Assembly (NCBI RefSeq): GCF_963921235.1
Contig: NC_086106.1
Coordinates: 20,584,001 to 20,648,000, forward strand
Source of the DNA: Mobula hypostoma
Lineage: Eukaryota
Direction of reading: 5' to 3'
DNA: 64,000 nt
Both the position numbers and the translations under genes were made by a program. A model generated the notes under the pieces. That model was not told where the DNA came from and did no database searches. It was given only the letters and a program-made list of their open reading frames with translations. Below, one piece after another: positions 36,301 to 51,101 of the stretch. Each line of letters opens with the position of its first letter. Position 1 is the first letter of the stretch.

Positions 36301-39300
36301 CACAACCTGGCATCCTTCCTGAAATGTGAGGACGAGAACTGTTCGCAATACACGAAATATGGTCGAGCCAAAATTTTACATAGCTGCAATATTCCTTGCA
36401 AATACTCAATGACAGGAGCAAAAACGGGATATATGCTGCAGGCTTCATTTAACAGACACCTCCTAGAGATTTGGAAGCTTGAGTGCCCCAATGACCCTGA
36501 GGGCCTTGTGCTCTGGCGCGTGTTTGGTTCCCTCATACCATGAAGATCAAAGAGTAGAGGTTGCACTAAGAGCGATACACCGGTCCTCTAGATCCGGGGG
36601 CGGGTGTTTAGCTCAAGGCCAACAGCCCTGACGAGGGGGGAAAATGACGAAAATGACCCTCGTATGAAATGACACACTGCGGAAGCAATTGCTGATTTGG
36701 GGAAGGCGCAGGGATCTTTTGGAGTTGCAGAAGTCAATGAAAAACGAATTGGTTTGAGCGGAATAAATTCATTAAAATAATTTTAAAAAATGGAACAGCG
36801 TAGTTGCCAAGAATCAGGCTGACAGAATTTCGTGAAAGGTCATTGATGTGAAACAGTAACTCTGTTTCTCAAAACATAGATGTTCAACTTGATATAGCGG
36901 GTAACTTGAATAACAGGCGGGCAATTTTAGTTAGTCATCATCTGGACTCTGGGCTTTGCTGGTAAAGTCAGAATGAATTATACATCTGGGTCGCCATTCA
37001 GAAAGCCTTTGGATGCAACCACATTGATAGGTCAGGAGTCATAAAGAGGCTCGTAGAGTAACGCTGAGAGAGCTCTTTCCTCAAGGATATCAGTAATTCT
37101 GAAAGGATATCCTTACTAATGGCGAGACTTAGAAAAATACAAATTGCTAAGATGTTAGGAATCTGACCGCCGATGCAAATCTATTGCAGATCATTCTGAT
37201 CTGAGTTTAAATTTGACAGATTTTTTTTTTGTGTTGGTATTCGTGGACTGCGCGTCCATCCTCTGCGCTACTCATCTGATTTCATTTGCTTCCCTGTTCT
37301 CCATCGTCCGAAATCCAATCTTCTGCTTTCCGATTGGATCACTCTATGGATCGAGTCCTAGACAATCCTCCTCCTTCGAAAACATCAAAAGAATATCCTG
37401 TATGTTTGTTCTTACCATAAAGGTTATTGATTCTGTTGTGTGCAGAATGGCATCACATGCTCTGCTCAGCAACAGGGCCGTATTTTGCAACTACGTCTTT
37501 GCCCTTAAGTGCTCGGGCGCAATGTAAGGTACTCTGTAAATGTCGGTCCTGCACAACTACTCTTACCGGCTTGCTAGTATATTTGGTTTTACGCCTTGGG
37601 AAATGTTTCATTTCTGATGTAATGGTTTCTCTGCAGCAACATTGTGTTTGGGTTATGACTGGAGATCAACGGGGCTTTGTAATGTGCGGCGTCCAATGAG
37701 GCGAATAGTGGTCGTTCTTGTGTGCCCGACAGCGAGTGACTTTGCGGACTTTTGTTCGGGAGAAGTTGAAGACAGAAGATGCCTGAAAGGCGAATTTGTA
37801 GAATGCAGGACGGAGTGGACCTGGAGTGTGTTTGGGAGTCGACGACGACCCGGCGAAATCGATGGAGAACGAACAGACGGGAACAGTGAGCTCCATTGTG
37901 CGCACCAGACTGCTTTATTAAACTGGGCCTTTTTTCTTTTTGTTTTGTTTACTAACCCTAGAATCGAATTAAAGTTCAATGGTTTAAATGCATATTGTGT
38001 AATGTTTGTTATTTCGAGGTACTGATTTGTGACAGATTAACACATCACGCAGCATACACGTAAACAAGATTTCTGAAGTTGTCCAGGCCAGAGCCTGTAA
38101 TCCCCTAGACTAATGCCACTGGTCGAACCTGAGTGTTACAGTCGTTTATGTGTAACGCACTTGTTAAACGATCCCACGCAAGATGTAGGACAGCTTGGAA
38201 TTATAGAGGCGGATTTGTCTGTGAACTGAGAGCAAACAATTCTTTTGAACAGCAACGTTCAATTCCTATCCCGTAAGTGTATGATGGGACAGGTTAGGGG
38301 AAGTTTCATTCTTTGTTTACGCTCTAATGCCCCTGCCCTGGCTGGGATGGGTAATGCAGAGGAATATTTGTAACTACACTATTTACTCTGGGGTGCTCGA
38401 TGGAATCCCTATGAAGAAGATTTATCTAGATACACAGGTAAATACTGATTCCATTCAATGACAGATTAGAGAGTAAGGCAATTCATCCAATAGTGTGTGT
38501 GCTACCCTTTAGCTAAAGAAACCCAAATAAAACAATAGATCTCTCTGCTCTGATCCGTCTCATAACGAAAATAAGATCGCCGCCAGTTCTCTCTCTACAT
38601 TCACTATTAGACATCATGGTCATTCAGGCAGTGTATTTCACATCACAACCGTTCATCAATAAACGTTCCCTTAAATAGACTCCTATTACACATTAATCAC
38701 TAGTGAGCCAACCTTCCCACACTGCCTACACTATTCCCAACCGCCATCGGCCAATGCAAGGATGCCTGGAATTTATGAAGTCCTTGTGCCTTCATTTCGC
38801 CGCCCTAATATTTCCATACCACTTTTCCACTGCCTTCCCAACTCCAAAATTTACCCCCCTTATACACCGTCTGCACACACATCAGGGAGTAAAATTAAAA
38901 TCTTAAATCCATCAATTAATCCTCAGATATCGCCTGTACCATGGAAGCATCCTGGGACAGACCTCATGCTGAAAATTACATGATGAAACTGACACCCACC
39001 TTTCCCCTGGGGATACCGGAGGCAGTATAATAGATGCTGAATATGGGCAAGCATTGACAAGGAAGTACAAGAAGATGTTGGCTGCAACATGAATGTAAGG
39101 AAGGCCAAGCAAATGACTGGGGACAAATGGAAAAAGTGCATAAAAGCCAGGACAAACAGGCTACGATATAACTTCTTCCACTCGGTTACCAAACTGCTTA
39201 ATTCATGGTGACGCAAATGTATTTCTATGTTATATTGACTATCCTGTTGAATATGATATTAATTACAAATTACTATAATTGGACATTGCACATTTCAACG

Positions 39301-39380
39301 GAGATGTAACATAAACATTTACTCCTCATGTATATGAAAGATGTAAGTAGTAAAGTCAATTCATTTCAATTCAGTTCAAT

Positions 39381-40234
39381 TCAAGATACCGTCAGCCTGG
39401 TCCCACCTAGTCGGCAAGATATTCAGACTGCTCCGTCTCCCCGTTCACCCAATACATCAACTTCACTTGTCCGCCGCATCCACCAATCTCAGAAAAGTGT
39501 CAACATGATCCCCGACCGGAAGCAGCTACTGCCTGGAATTTTACTTGAAATTCCGAGCCTGGTTCTTCCTGGCCTGCGAATAAAAGAGGCACTTTCACAG
39601 TATTCCTATCTGCTGACACCGGTTCCCTCTTTTCCGTGGTATTAGGCTTGAAACCATCTGGGCTTATACTTGCCCAGAAATTTTGCTTTAACAGTCTGAG
39701 TCAGCCTTCAGGGATTTGACTCTGGGAGGCAGCAATGCGGAATACGTGGAGACAGACTGCTGTGCAGACTCCCATTTGTCGGGAACAGTTTTTGTCCAGC
39801 TCCACATGACCCGTGTGCAAATCACGTTGCTTTACTGCAGGTCATAATAAGACTTCATCATATCCAGCCCCAAATCTAGAGGATCGCCGAATCCCCCAGC
39901 ATATGTATTAAACCCACCCTCAGTGTCTGGGCGTTCCACACAGCTGGTCTGAATCTCAGTAATCCCAGTCCTGATGAGGAGATGATATAACCAACCGGAC
40001 CTTTCTCTGGGTTTCAACTGACATCTCCTCCTCTGTAGATCCGTTCGCATTGAGACTCATTTCCAGTGGAACATGTACCCATTCCCGGATTATGCACTCG
40101 TGATCTGATTTATATCCATGTATGTCAGGGCAAAGGCCGGCAGAAGCGAACGAAGAGCGTGATTAGGAGTGTTTTGTTATTATAGATATGGAGGACAATC
40201 ACCTCTCACACTGAGGCACGCCAAGATATAGCCG
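39381..40234 (-). pseudogene. Decayed D1-D2-J block of unit A3 (J 39381-39423; D2 39787-39850; D1 remnant 40169-40234)
   Basis: J YLAD*-[5 nt]-TRLTVS; same layout as the other units. Confidence 0.75.
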
Positions 40235-40623
40235 TTGTGATAAACCAATGTACGATAACCTCCGCCCCTTTCACTGCCTCTCAGCACCGTCACTCTTCAG
40301 TCAAACCGCCCTCGAACACCATAGTGTCTCTCATCTTTAATGTTTCTCCTAGCCTGACCACTTACTGTCACTTGTAGACGAGGGGCCGACACCTGACATT
40401 GTGGATCGTTGAGCCCATTGCCACTCACGGTGCTCGGCTTCGAGCTGCCGTCCGAAGTGATCTGCTGAGCCCTTCGGCCATTCCATCCAGCATGCCTTCT
40501 GGTGAATCCACTCTGAGAACCCGCCTTCCATTGCGTGGGCGAGAGGATATGGCCCAGAATGACCGAGGTACGGCTGTGGAGATGTCCTTTCCCTCAGCAG
40601 CCGAAGGACAGGCGCTCTCGCTG

Positions 40624-40662
40624 GGTTTTTGTCCCGGTCCAGTCCCGGTCTCTCTCACTGTG
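40624..40662 (-). promoter_or_regulatory. V 3' 23-RSS of A3
   Basis: CACAGTG + 23 nt + ACAAAAACC. Confidence 0.95.
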
Positions 40663-41152
40663 TCTCTCGCACAGTAATAGGAGGCCGTGTCGTCCAGACT
40701 CAGGTTCTTCATTTGCAGATAAACGGTGCTGCTGTCCTTGTAAGCTTGGAATCTGCTTTCAAGTCCAGGCACATACTTCTTGTTACCTTTATCCCACACA
40801 ACGGCCACCCATTCCAGCCCTTTCCCGAGGACAGTTTCAGTATGACAGACCATGTCACAACTGCTGAGGCGAACCCACTGACTGCACAGGTCAATCTGTG
40901 GGTCTGTCCAGGCTTTGCCACCTCTGACGCGGGCTGTGTCAGCAGGATATTGGACTACACGCCTGTCAATAAAAAAAAACGGAGGAGATATTGATAATAC
41001 GACCTACGTGCAAAGACTGACAAAGCCTTGCAGAACCAGCCGGCCATGGGTAGGTGATAAATTGCAGGGCATACACCTGCTAGGTAAAGCAGGAGAGGAC
41101 AGAGATAAGGAATGTCTCCTATGCTGCTGAGCACGGAATGCGACTTGGACAT
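40663..41152 (-). pseudogene. Ig VH pseudogene A3
   Basis: TAG at the Gln of VQS; +4, -1 and -1 indels shift the frame in FR2; RSS perfect (40624-40662). Confidence 0.92.
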
Positions 41153-43380
41153 TTTTCAGATCGGGGTTCAGCTGAGTCCGGATTTATCGCGGGCTTCTGA
41201 GAACGCTGTTTAAATAAAGACGTGGCTGCGAGTGAGAGAAGTAGCCGCTGCTTGAACAGGCTCCCACTTACGAAAACCAGAGACAGAGTTTTCTGTCCTC
41301 GCCCCCAGCAGAGATTTCAATTTTCCATAAAAGATATTCGTCTCTGCAGAGGGAACAGGTCAGCGGAAGCGAGCAGATCGCGATAGACAATCTGTTACAC
41401 TCGTCATTTTCGGCGATAAACAACTTGTTTAAACTGAAAGTAGTTTACTTGGAAGTAAGTACAGAGGAGATGTCAGCGGTACGTTTTATACGCAGACTGG
41501 TGAGTGCGTGGATTGGGCTACCGGCGGTGGAGGCGGAAACAATAGGGTCTTTCAATAGAGTCCTGGATAGGTACATCGAGCTTAGAAAACTAGAGGGCTA
41601 TGGGTAAATTTAGGTATTTCTAGGGTAAGGACATGTTCGGCACAGCTTTGTTGGCCGAGGGGCCTGTATTATGCTGTAGATTTTCTATGTTTCTATCTTT
41701 TATGAAAGGCAGAGAATCCCGGCGAGAAAGAATGAGAGACAACAGTCAGTGAACAGGTTCATCACTGAAATACAGGGTCTCAGATACACCAGCCTATGGA
41801 CAAATATCACCCTGTGAGACAGGACGTGTGAGACATCAGTTAGCGGACAGCGATTCCCGTCTGAGACAGGAATGGAAATACTCGTTAATGGACTGGTTCG
41901 CCCTAGATACAGCGACTGACAATCTAGTCAGTGGATAGATATCCCCCGAGAGTCAGAGACTAAGAGACATCAGTTAGTGCACTGATGTCTCTCTGAGTGA
42001 CAGGGACTGAACACACTTTTCAATGGGCAGATATTCTTCTTAGGGAGACAGTTCGAGAGACACCGGACAGTGCACGGGAATGTAACAAACAACAAAAAAG
42101 AGTTGCTCTACAGATTTCTATCTGCACCCACAGCACGAAAATCAATATGAAGCACAGATCCCTGCGTGGAATAGGATGTAATATTTTCTGATATCAAATT
42201 ACTTTTATCAGAGACCAGACAACATGAATTTCAGCGCCAAATCCTGTGCACGACTCCCCTCACCATTATTAAAAAGAAAAACGTTGACCTGTTTCAGATT
42301 TGTTGTAAATTGGATTAGTAAGCATGCAGATGATACTAAGATAGATGGTGTTGTGGATGATGAGGTAGATTTTCAAAACTTGCAGAGAGACTTAGGTCAG
42401 TTAGAAGATTGGGCTGAAAGATGGCAGAAGGAGTTTAATGCAGAACAATTTGAGGTGCTGCATTTTGGTAGAACTAATCAAAATAGCACATACATGGTAA
42501 ATGGTAGGGCATTAAAGAATGCTGTAGAACAGAGGGATCTCGGAATAATGGTGCATAGTTCCCTGAAGATGGAATCTCATGTGGATAGGGTGGTGAAGAA
42601 AGTTTATGGTTTGCTTGCCTTTATTAATCAGAGCATTGAGAATAGGAGTTGGGATATAATGTTGAATCTGTATAAGGCATCGGCAAGGCCAAATCTGGAG
42701 TATTGTGTACAGTTCGGGTCATCGATTCATACATTTGAGAGAGTATAGAGGAGGTTTACTGGAATGTTGCCTGGGTTTCATCTCCTAAGTTACAGAGAAA
42801 GGTTGAACAAGTTAGGTCTTTATTCTTTGGAGCGTAGAAGGTTGAGGGGGTACTTGTTAGAGGTGTATAAAATTATGAGGGCAATTGACAGAGTTGACGT
42901 GGTTAGACTTTTTTCCATTGAGAGTGGGGACGATTCAAGCAAGAGGACATGGGTTGAGAGTTCGAGGACAAAAGTTTAGGGGTAACATGAGGAGGAAATT
43001 CTTTACTCAGAGAATGGTAGCTGTGTGGAATGAGCTTCCAGCAGAAGTGGTTGAGACAGGTTTTATGTTGTCGTTTAAAGATAAATTGGATAAATATATG
43101 GACAGGTAAGGAATGGAGGGTTATGGGCTGAGTGCAGGTCGGTGGGACTCGTATAGGGTAAGAGGTCGGCACGGATTAGAAAGGGTGTTTCCGTGCTGTA
43201 ATTGTTATACGGTTGTATGGTTATGGTTTCAGGCGGTGGGAGGAACAGAACCATCGATGCCGGGAGCTCAGGTGCAGAAACCATTAGCAGGAGATGTATT
43301 TGTGGCTTATAACAGTGCACTGCTCAGTACTGCTGAGTCCTTCTTTATGAAGGGAGGGCATCCAAGCTACACATCATTAG

Positions 43381-43501
43381 TAAACAACAGGAATTCTGCA
43401 GATGCTGGAAATTAAAGCAACATACATCAAAGTTGCTGGTGAACGCAGCAGGCCAAGCAGCATCTATAGGAAGAGGCGCAGTCGACGTTTCAGGCCGAGA
43501 C
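43381..43501 (-). mobile_element. Short Penelope-like terminal fragment
   Basis: Related to the 3' end of the 19-kb element (GGCCTGAAACGTCGACTG..GATGCTGC..CAGCATCTGCAG); flanked by 9-bp direct repeat CATCATTAG (43372-43380, 43502-43510). Confidence 0.7.
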
Positions 43502-46500
43502 CATCATTAGGGTTGTTTTGTTTGCCCACCCTGGTAATGGCAGCACTGCGTGTCCGAAATATTGCACCCACTCAAATATAAGCCGCGCTGATAGAATTAC
43601 TAATCATACCAAAGCTCACTCCAACCAAGATAATTTGCAGTAATTATGCAATTTTCATTTCTGCCCAAATCAGTATTGTATCCACAGATATCGAATAAGT
43701 GCTTTCTGAAGTGGAGTCAGTGTTGTGACTGAAGGAAGGTGGGTTCCAAATTACATTTATCAACCTCTCTGAAATATCAATGGCGTTCAAAGAGATTCGG
43801 CATTCTGTGATTGTGTTTGAGGGATCAATGTTGGGACACACAGTGGAAAACATTCCACCATTTACGTCCACCCGACACAACAGCCTTATCATGGCAGTAA
43901 TCAAAATTGTGAACGTCAAAACGACCACATCTTTGTCGTAGGTGTTGGAGGCTTACCTGCTTCTGTGACTCGGAGATCTATGTTGGCTAGCCCCAGAACA
44001 TTGTGCTTGGTTCTTGGCAGGGTTACCGATGACAAGTAGCTCAGATGTTAGAGCCCATATGAAGAGTGGTCCACTGATTCTCCAGGATCGGATGTTCTGC
44101 ACAGGGTTACGAAACCTGACTGCACAAAAAATTGTTCTGGAAATAGTAATACCAATTTATATCTCTGTGCGTCGGTATTACTGAATATCCGTCCGGGATT
44201 TACATGACTGACAGGAATGAAAACTGACAGGAAGCTGCATTCATGATAAAGGAAATCCTGAACATGGTCAAGATCAAGACCAAAATTGTTTCCGAAATGT
44301 ACGAACTATGTCTTGCTAAGCTGTCATCATTCCACCTACGAGCCGCCGTGGGAGCAGAAATGTACGAACCGTAGCTGGGGCATAATAGAGAAGATGGCCA
44401 AAAACTGACACACTTCACCACAATGGTAAAAGTGTTTCAGCCATTTATCGTAGACTTCCGACTTGCAAATTTCGGCAGAAGTTCAATGTCTCACGCCTGC
44501 ACGGATTAAAATTTAATTGCAATTTTTTGGCCCAATAATTGTCGATGACCTGCTGTGTCAATTTGACAGACTTCTTCGTTGTTCACAGGTCGGCAGTACG
44601 TCTGTTCTCGGAAAACCTAAAAAGCCACTTTATATATTTGTCCAAATATTTTCATATAGCAGAAACCACTGAGACCCTTGCGTCGTTCTTCGCAGATTGG
44701 CAATAGCCATACTTCTCCTACATCTCTGCTCTCTGCCTTCCCTAGCCCAGGCAATTTAACATCCAATCGATCAAGTCTCTATGGATCCTGTGCCTTAATC
44801 TTCTGGCTCAGGTTACCACCCGGGATTTTGTCCGCTTTATTATTGTACATGTAGATGGTGTCCCACCACACCGCCCAGACCACACTTGTTTGCCACTCGT
44901 TAGAAAAGTATTATCTCTGCATAAAACAGTTCTGACCAATAGGGCACCAGCCTTACTGACTCACATCAATAGTGGGATAAGATGAATCATTTTTATATAA
45001 TGCCAACGAAGAGTATTGGAGCCAACTTGCTTCAGTCAGTGCTGTGAACTGTCGCCGATCCTGTGATTGTTTTTCTAGAGAATAAAACGGTTTGGGAGGC
45101 AGAGCCATGCATATCGTAGTATTGTTAGCTTACAGCTACAAAAACCAGCTTTCGTTCATGTCGTCGGGTATAGTCTATCTGAACAGTTTTCAGTTCTCTT
45201 TCTGTCCTCCTGCGGTTACGCCGGGTTGTACGGTTTCCACCAAAACGCCAAAGATTTTTTTTTTCAGGTAGTCGTTTAATTCATCGCTGTAAATTAACAA
45301 TGTGGGTGTTGGAAGTTTTGATAATTTTCAGGGATTTGTGAAAAATGGAGGGAGAACGCAGAACATGGTGACTTTTGTTTCCGTAGGGATCGAAGGTCTT
45401 CTCACGTAACATTTCGTAAATTAGCATCTTTCATAACATACCACTAATTATCAGCCTATAAGTGAAAGATAAGTGTCCATAAAAGAGGCAGACATGTTAA
45501 ATGGTGATTGTTTTTGTTCCTTAATTATAGGCCCGAACCAATATGTTCAACAGCGCAGCAAAGTCAAATAGGGTCAAAATACATGGAATCAACGGTTATG
45601 GTTTTGTGATCAAAATGGGCGAAATTACAAAAGTTTTTCGGGGTGCAGATAGTATCAGATGTCGCCCTGCTAGGACCAATGTTGGCAAGCACACGGAGGT
45701 TCACGAAATGATGACACGGGCAGCTGATATTTGAACGTGCTTATGTTTACAGAGGGTCATTCAGAAGATAGAATTTGGCCATCTACCATGAGGGTGCAGT
45801 CATACCGGAAGCTCGAAATATTAACCGCATTGGTGAGTTGTTCTGAAGTTGCCAGGAGTGGACAATAGATTTCACCTGCTGCCTGAAGTGGTGGGCTTTA
45901 GAAAGCAACTGGAACAGCTTCCACAACGCCTGCTGTAGTTCCAGGTGCTTCCAGTCTTCGCATTTGAAAATTGCTCATGTATTATCTTTGGTATTCTCTC
46001 TTTCATCTAAGACACTGATTATGATCCCTATCATTCTCTCTGATATCATGTATTTCACCAGGTCAGCTTTCGTTGTAAAGATCATGCAATCCTCGATTGT
46101 CTGAACTCCCCCGACATATCATATAAGCCAATTCAGATAACACAGAGACATAGACATAGAAACATGGGAAGTCTACGGCTCAATACAGGCCCTTTGGCCC
46201 ACAACGTTGTGCCATACATGTACGCATTTTAGAAATTACCTAAGGTTACCCATAGCACTCTAATTGTCTAAGCTCCATTTACCTATCCAGGTGTTTCTTG
46301 AAAGACCCTATCGTATCTGCCTGCAGCACGGTTGCCAGTAGCCCAATCCATGAAATCACCAATCTCTGCGTAAAAAAACGTTCCCCTCACATCTCCTTTG
46401 TACTTACTTCCAAACATCTTAAAATTGTGCCCTCGCCTATTAGCCATTCTAGCCCTGGAAAAAAGCCTGTGACTATTCATACAATAAATGCCTCTTATCA

Positions 46501-48048
46501 TCTTATACACTGGAATCAGGTGACCTCTCATCCTACGCCGCTCCAAAGAGAAAAGACGGAGTTCACTCAACCTATTCCCATAAAACATCTCCCCAATCCT
46601 GGCGACATTGAAAATCAAGAAGAGAAGCGTTCCCACAATAGAATACCGAGGCACACCACTGGTCACCGACCTCCAGGCGGAATATGATCCGTGTACAAAC
46701 ACTGTTTGCCAACTGTGGTCAAGCAAATTCTGGATCCACTAAGAATTGTCCCCAGGGATCCGCTGCATCCTTGCGTTCTCAAAAACAATTTCATAGGGTA
46801 CCTCATCAAATGCCTAGCTGAAATCCATATACAGTGCATCTACTGGCTACCTTCATCAATGTGTTTAGTCACATCCTCACCAAATTTAATGAGGCTCGTA
46901 AGATACGACGTGCCTTTAACAAAGTCATAATGACTATTCCTAATCACCTTATGCCTCTCCAAATGATCATAAATCCTGCCTCTCAGGATCTTCTTCATCA
47001 CCTTACCAACCACTGAAGTAAGACTCACTGTTCTATAAATTCCTGGGCTATCTCTACTCCATTTCTTGAGTAAGGGAACAATATATGCAACCCTCAATCC
47101 TCCAGAACCTCTTCAGTCCCCATTGATAATGACAAGCTTATTGCCAGAGGCTCAGCAATCTCCTCTCTCGCCTCCAACAGTATCCTGGGGTATAACTCAT
47201 CCAGTCCCTAATTTGATGCTCCAGTATATCCTCATTCTTTATATCTATATGCACAATCTTTTCAATCCACTGTAAGGCTTTTCCGCTGTAAGGCTTTTCC
47301 ACCAAGGTCATTTTCCGCAGTGAATACTGAAACAAAGTATTCATTAAGTATAACATACAAATGACCCATTTCTTTGCCATATCCAAAACCTCACCTCCTC
47401 CCTAAAATGACGAGAACTTCTCGCAATACCCAAAATGCTGCGCCAAGAGCAATCCACTGTTCTTTTAGGTACGGTGGTGGGATTTCAGCTCAAGGCGAGC
47501 AAAAAAAAAAAAGACCCCCATATAAGGTGACACACTGGAGAATCACTTGCTGAGTTGGGAATGGCGCTGTGATGTTTTGGTGTTATATACATCAATAAAA
47601 GACAAGTTGGTTTCATCAAAATAAATTCGTTAAAATAAAACTGGAAACTGTCTAGTTGCAACAAATCAGACTTACAGGTTTTGGTGAAAGGGCATTGATG
47701 TGAGCTAATAACTCTGTTTCTCAAACTACATATGTTCCCTGAGCTGCTCAGAGTTGGCAGTGTAGGAGGCAGAATAACGCCAGTCGGGCAGAATTGCAGC
47801 CGAAGACATCATACATCCCGGCAACAACAGGCTGTAACTACACTTTTGTCTGGATCAGTATCTTCGTGCACTTTACAAAACACCGACCAAATTGAGCGCA
47901 GGGGGCTGGGCTGAATGGGGGAGCTGGAGGTGCCCGTGTCAGCTTCGAATAAACTTGCAAAGAAATAAAATTCGGGTATTTGTACAAAATAATCGAGGGT
48001 GAATCACCAGATCGGATGAGATTCTGTCTGGTTGTTGTCTGCATTGTA

Positions 48049-51000
48049 GACAATAGACAATAGACATTAGCTGCAGGGGTAGGCGATTCGGCCCTTCTAG
48101 CCAGCACCGCAATTCACTGTGATCAAGGCTGTTCAGCCACAATCAGTATCCAGTTCCTGCCTTATCCCCATAACCTTTCATTCCACTATCTTTAAGAGCT
48201 CTATACATCTCTTTTTCTGAAAGTATCCAGTGACTTGGCCTCCACAGCCTTCTGGGGCAGTGCATTCCGTATATCCACCACTCTCTGGGTGAAAAAGTTT
48301 TTCCTCACTGCGTTCTAAATGGCCTACCCCTTATTCTTAATCTGTGGCTTCTGGTTCTGGACTCACCCATCAGCGGCAATATGCTTCCTGCCTCCAGCGT
48401 GTCCAATCCCTTAATAATTTTATATTTTTCAATAAGATCCCCTCTCAGCCTTCTAAATTCCAGAGTATACAAGCCCAGTCACTCCAATCTATCGACATAT
48501 GACAGTCCCAACATCCCGGGAATTAACCTTGTCAACCTACGCTGCACGTCCTCAATAGCAAGAATGTCCTTCCTCTAATTTGGAGACCAAAACTGCATAC
48601 AGTACTCCAGGTGTGGTCTCACCAGGGCCCTGTACAGCTGCAGAATGACCTCTTTGCTCTTATACTCAATTCCCCTTGTTATGAAGGCCATAATGTCATT
48701 AGCTTTCTTCACTGCCTGCTGCACTTGCATGTTTGCTTTCAGTGACTGATGTACAAGAACACCAAGTTCGTGCTTCCCCTATTCCTAACTTGACTCAATT
48801 TCGATAATAATCTGCCTTCCCGTTCTTACCACCAAAGTAGATAACCTCACACTTATCCACATTAAACTGCATCTGCCATGCATCTGCCGACTCACCCAGC
48901 CTGTCCAAGTCACCCTGCATTCTCATAACATCCTCATCACATTTCACACTGCCACCCAGCTTTGTGGTATCGGCAAATTTGCTAATGTCACTTTTAATTC
49001 CCTCATCTAAATCAATAATATAGTTTGTAAACAACTGCGGTCCCAGCACTGAACTCTGCGGTACCCCACTGGTCACCGGCTGCCATTCCGAAAGGGACCC
49101 GTTAATTGCTAGTGTTTGTTTTCTGTCAGTCAGCCTATTTTAAATCCATGTCAGTTCCCTGCCCCCAATACCATGTGCCCCAATTTTGCCCACTAATCTC
49201 CGATGTGGGACTTTATCAAAGGCTTTCTGAAAGTCCAGGTACACTACATCCACTGGCTCTCCATTGTCCATTTTCATAGTCACATTCTCAAAAAATTCCA
49301 GAAGATTAGTCAACCACGATATCCCCTTCGTAAATCTATGCTGACTCGGACAAATCCTGTTATCGCTATCCAGATGTATCGTAATTTCATCTTTTATAAT
49401 TGACTCCAGCATCTTTCCCACCACCGACGTCAGGCTAACTGGTCTATAATTTCCTGTTTTCTCTCTTCTTCCCTTCTTGAAGAGAGGGACAACATTAGCC
49501 CCCCTCATATCCACAGGAACTGATCCTGAATCTATAGAATGTTGGAAAGTGATTACCAATCAGTTCACCATTTCTAAAGTCACCTCTTTAAGTACCCTGG
49601 GATCCAGACCATCAGGTCCTGGGGATTTATGAGCCTTCAGGCCCAACAGCCTATCCAACACCATTTCCTGCCTAATATAAATTTCCTTCAATTCATCCAT
49701 TACCCGAGGTCCATTGGCCGCTATTACATCTGGGAGATTCTTTGTGTCTTCCCTAGTGAAGACAGATCCAAAGTACTTGTTCAACTTGTCTGCGATTTCC
49801 TTGTTCCCCATAATAAATTCACCCGCTTCTGTCTTCAAGGGGCCAATTTTGGTCTTAACTATTTGTTTTCCTTTTCACATACCTAAAGAAGCTTTCACTA
49901 TCCTCCTTTATATTCTTGGCTAGTTTACTCTCGTACTTCATTTTTTCTCTGCGTATTGCCTTTTTAGTTATCTTCTATTGCTCTTTCAAAGTTTCCCAAT
50001 CCTCTGGCTTCCCACTCGTCATTGCTATGCTATAGTTCTTCATTTTTATTTTTATACTGTCCATTACTTCCCTTGTCAGCCACTGCCTCCCCTTATTCCC
50101 GTTAGGATCTTTCATCCTCTTTGGAATGAAGTGATTCTACACCATCCGCATTATTCCCAGACACACATGCCATTGCTGTTCCACTGTCATCCCTGCTAGG
50201 GTATTGTTCCATTGAACGTTGGCCAGCTCCTCCCTCATAGCACCATAGCTCCCTTTGTTCAACTGTGATACTGACAATTCCGAGTTTTTCTTCTCCCTCT
50301 CAAATTGTAGATTAAAACTTACCATTTTATGGTCACTAACTCCTAATGGCTCCTTTACCTCGCGGTCCATGATCAAATCCGGTTCATTGCACAACACTAA
50401 ATCTAGAATTGCGTACTCTCCGGTAGGCTCCAGTACAAGCTGTTCTAAGAATCTTTCTCAGAGGGTCTCCACAAATTCCCTTTCTTGGGGTCCAGTACCA
50501 ACCTGATTCCTCCAGTCTACCTGCATGTTGAAGTCCCCCATAACAACTGTAGCATTACCTTTGCGACATGCCAATTTTAACTCTTGATTCAACTTACACC
50601 TTACATCCAGAATACTGTTTGGTGGCCTGTAGATAACTCCCATTAGGATCTTTCTACCCTTAGAATTTCTCACTTCTCTCCATACTGACTCTACGTCTCC
50701 TGATTCTATGTCCCCCCTCGCAAGGGACTGAATATCGTTTCTCACCAACGGAGTCACCCCGCCCGCTCTGCCCATCAGTCTGTCCTTTCGATAGGACGTA
50801 TAACCTTGAATATTCATTTCGCAGGCCCTGTCCACTTGCAGCCATGTCTCTGTTATTCCCACAACATCATACTTACCAATTTCCAACTGTGCCTCAAGCT
50901 CATTCACTTTATCTCTTATACTCCGTGCATTCGTATACAATACTTTTAATTCATTACTCCCCTCACCTCCCATATCAATTCCTATTTCAATTGGCCATAT

Positions 51001-51101
51001 TGTACGATCCCTTCTTGAGCTTTCTGCTCTTTTGATTCTGCTGTCATTCTCAACTTTTCTTATTATCACTTTCCCTTTATCTCCATCCTTATGTTTCCAG
51101 T
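48049..51101 (-). mobile_element. CR1-like LINE, 5'-truncated and internally deleted
   Basis: APE ORF 50458-51069 (LYTNARSI, VVGITETW), RT pieces (NYRPVSLTS, YLDFQKAFDKV, FADTTKLGG), (TATTGTC)n tail, TSD TTGTA (48044-48048, 51102-51106). Confidence 0.88.
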
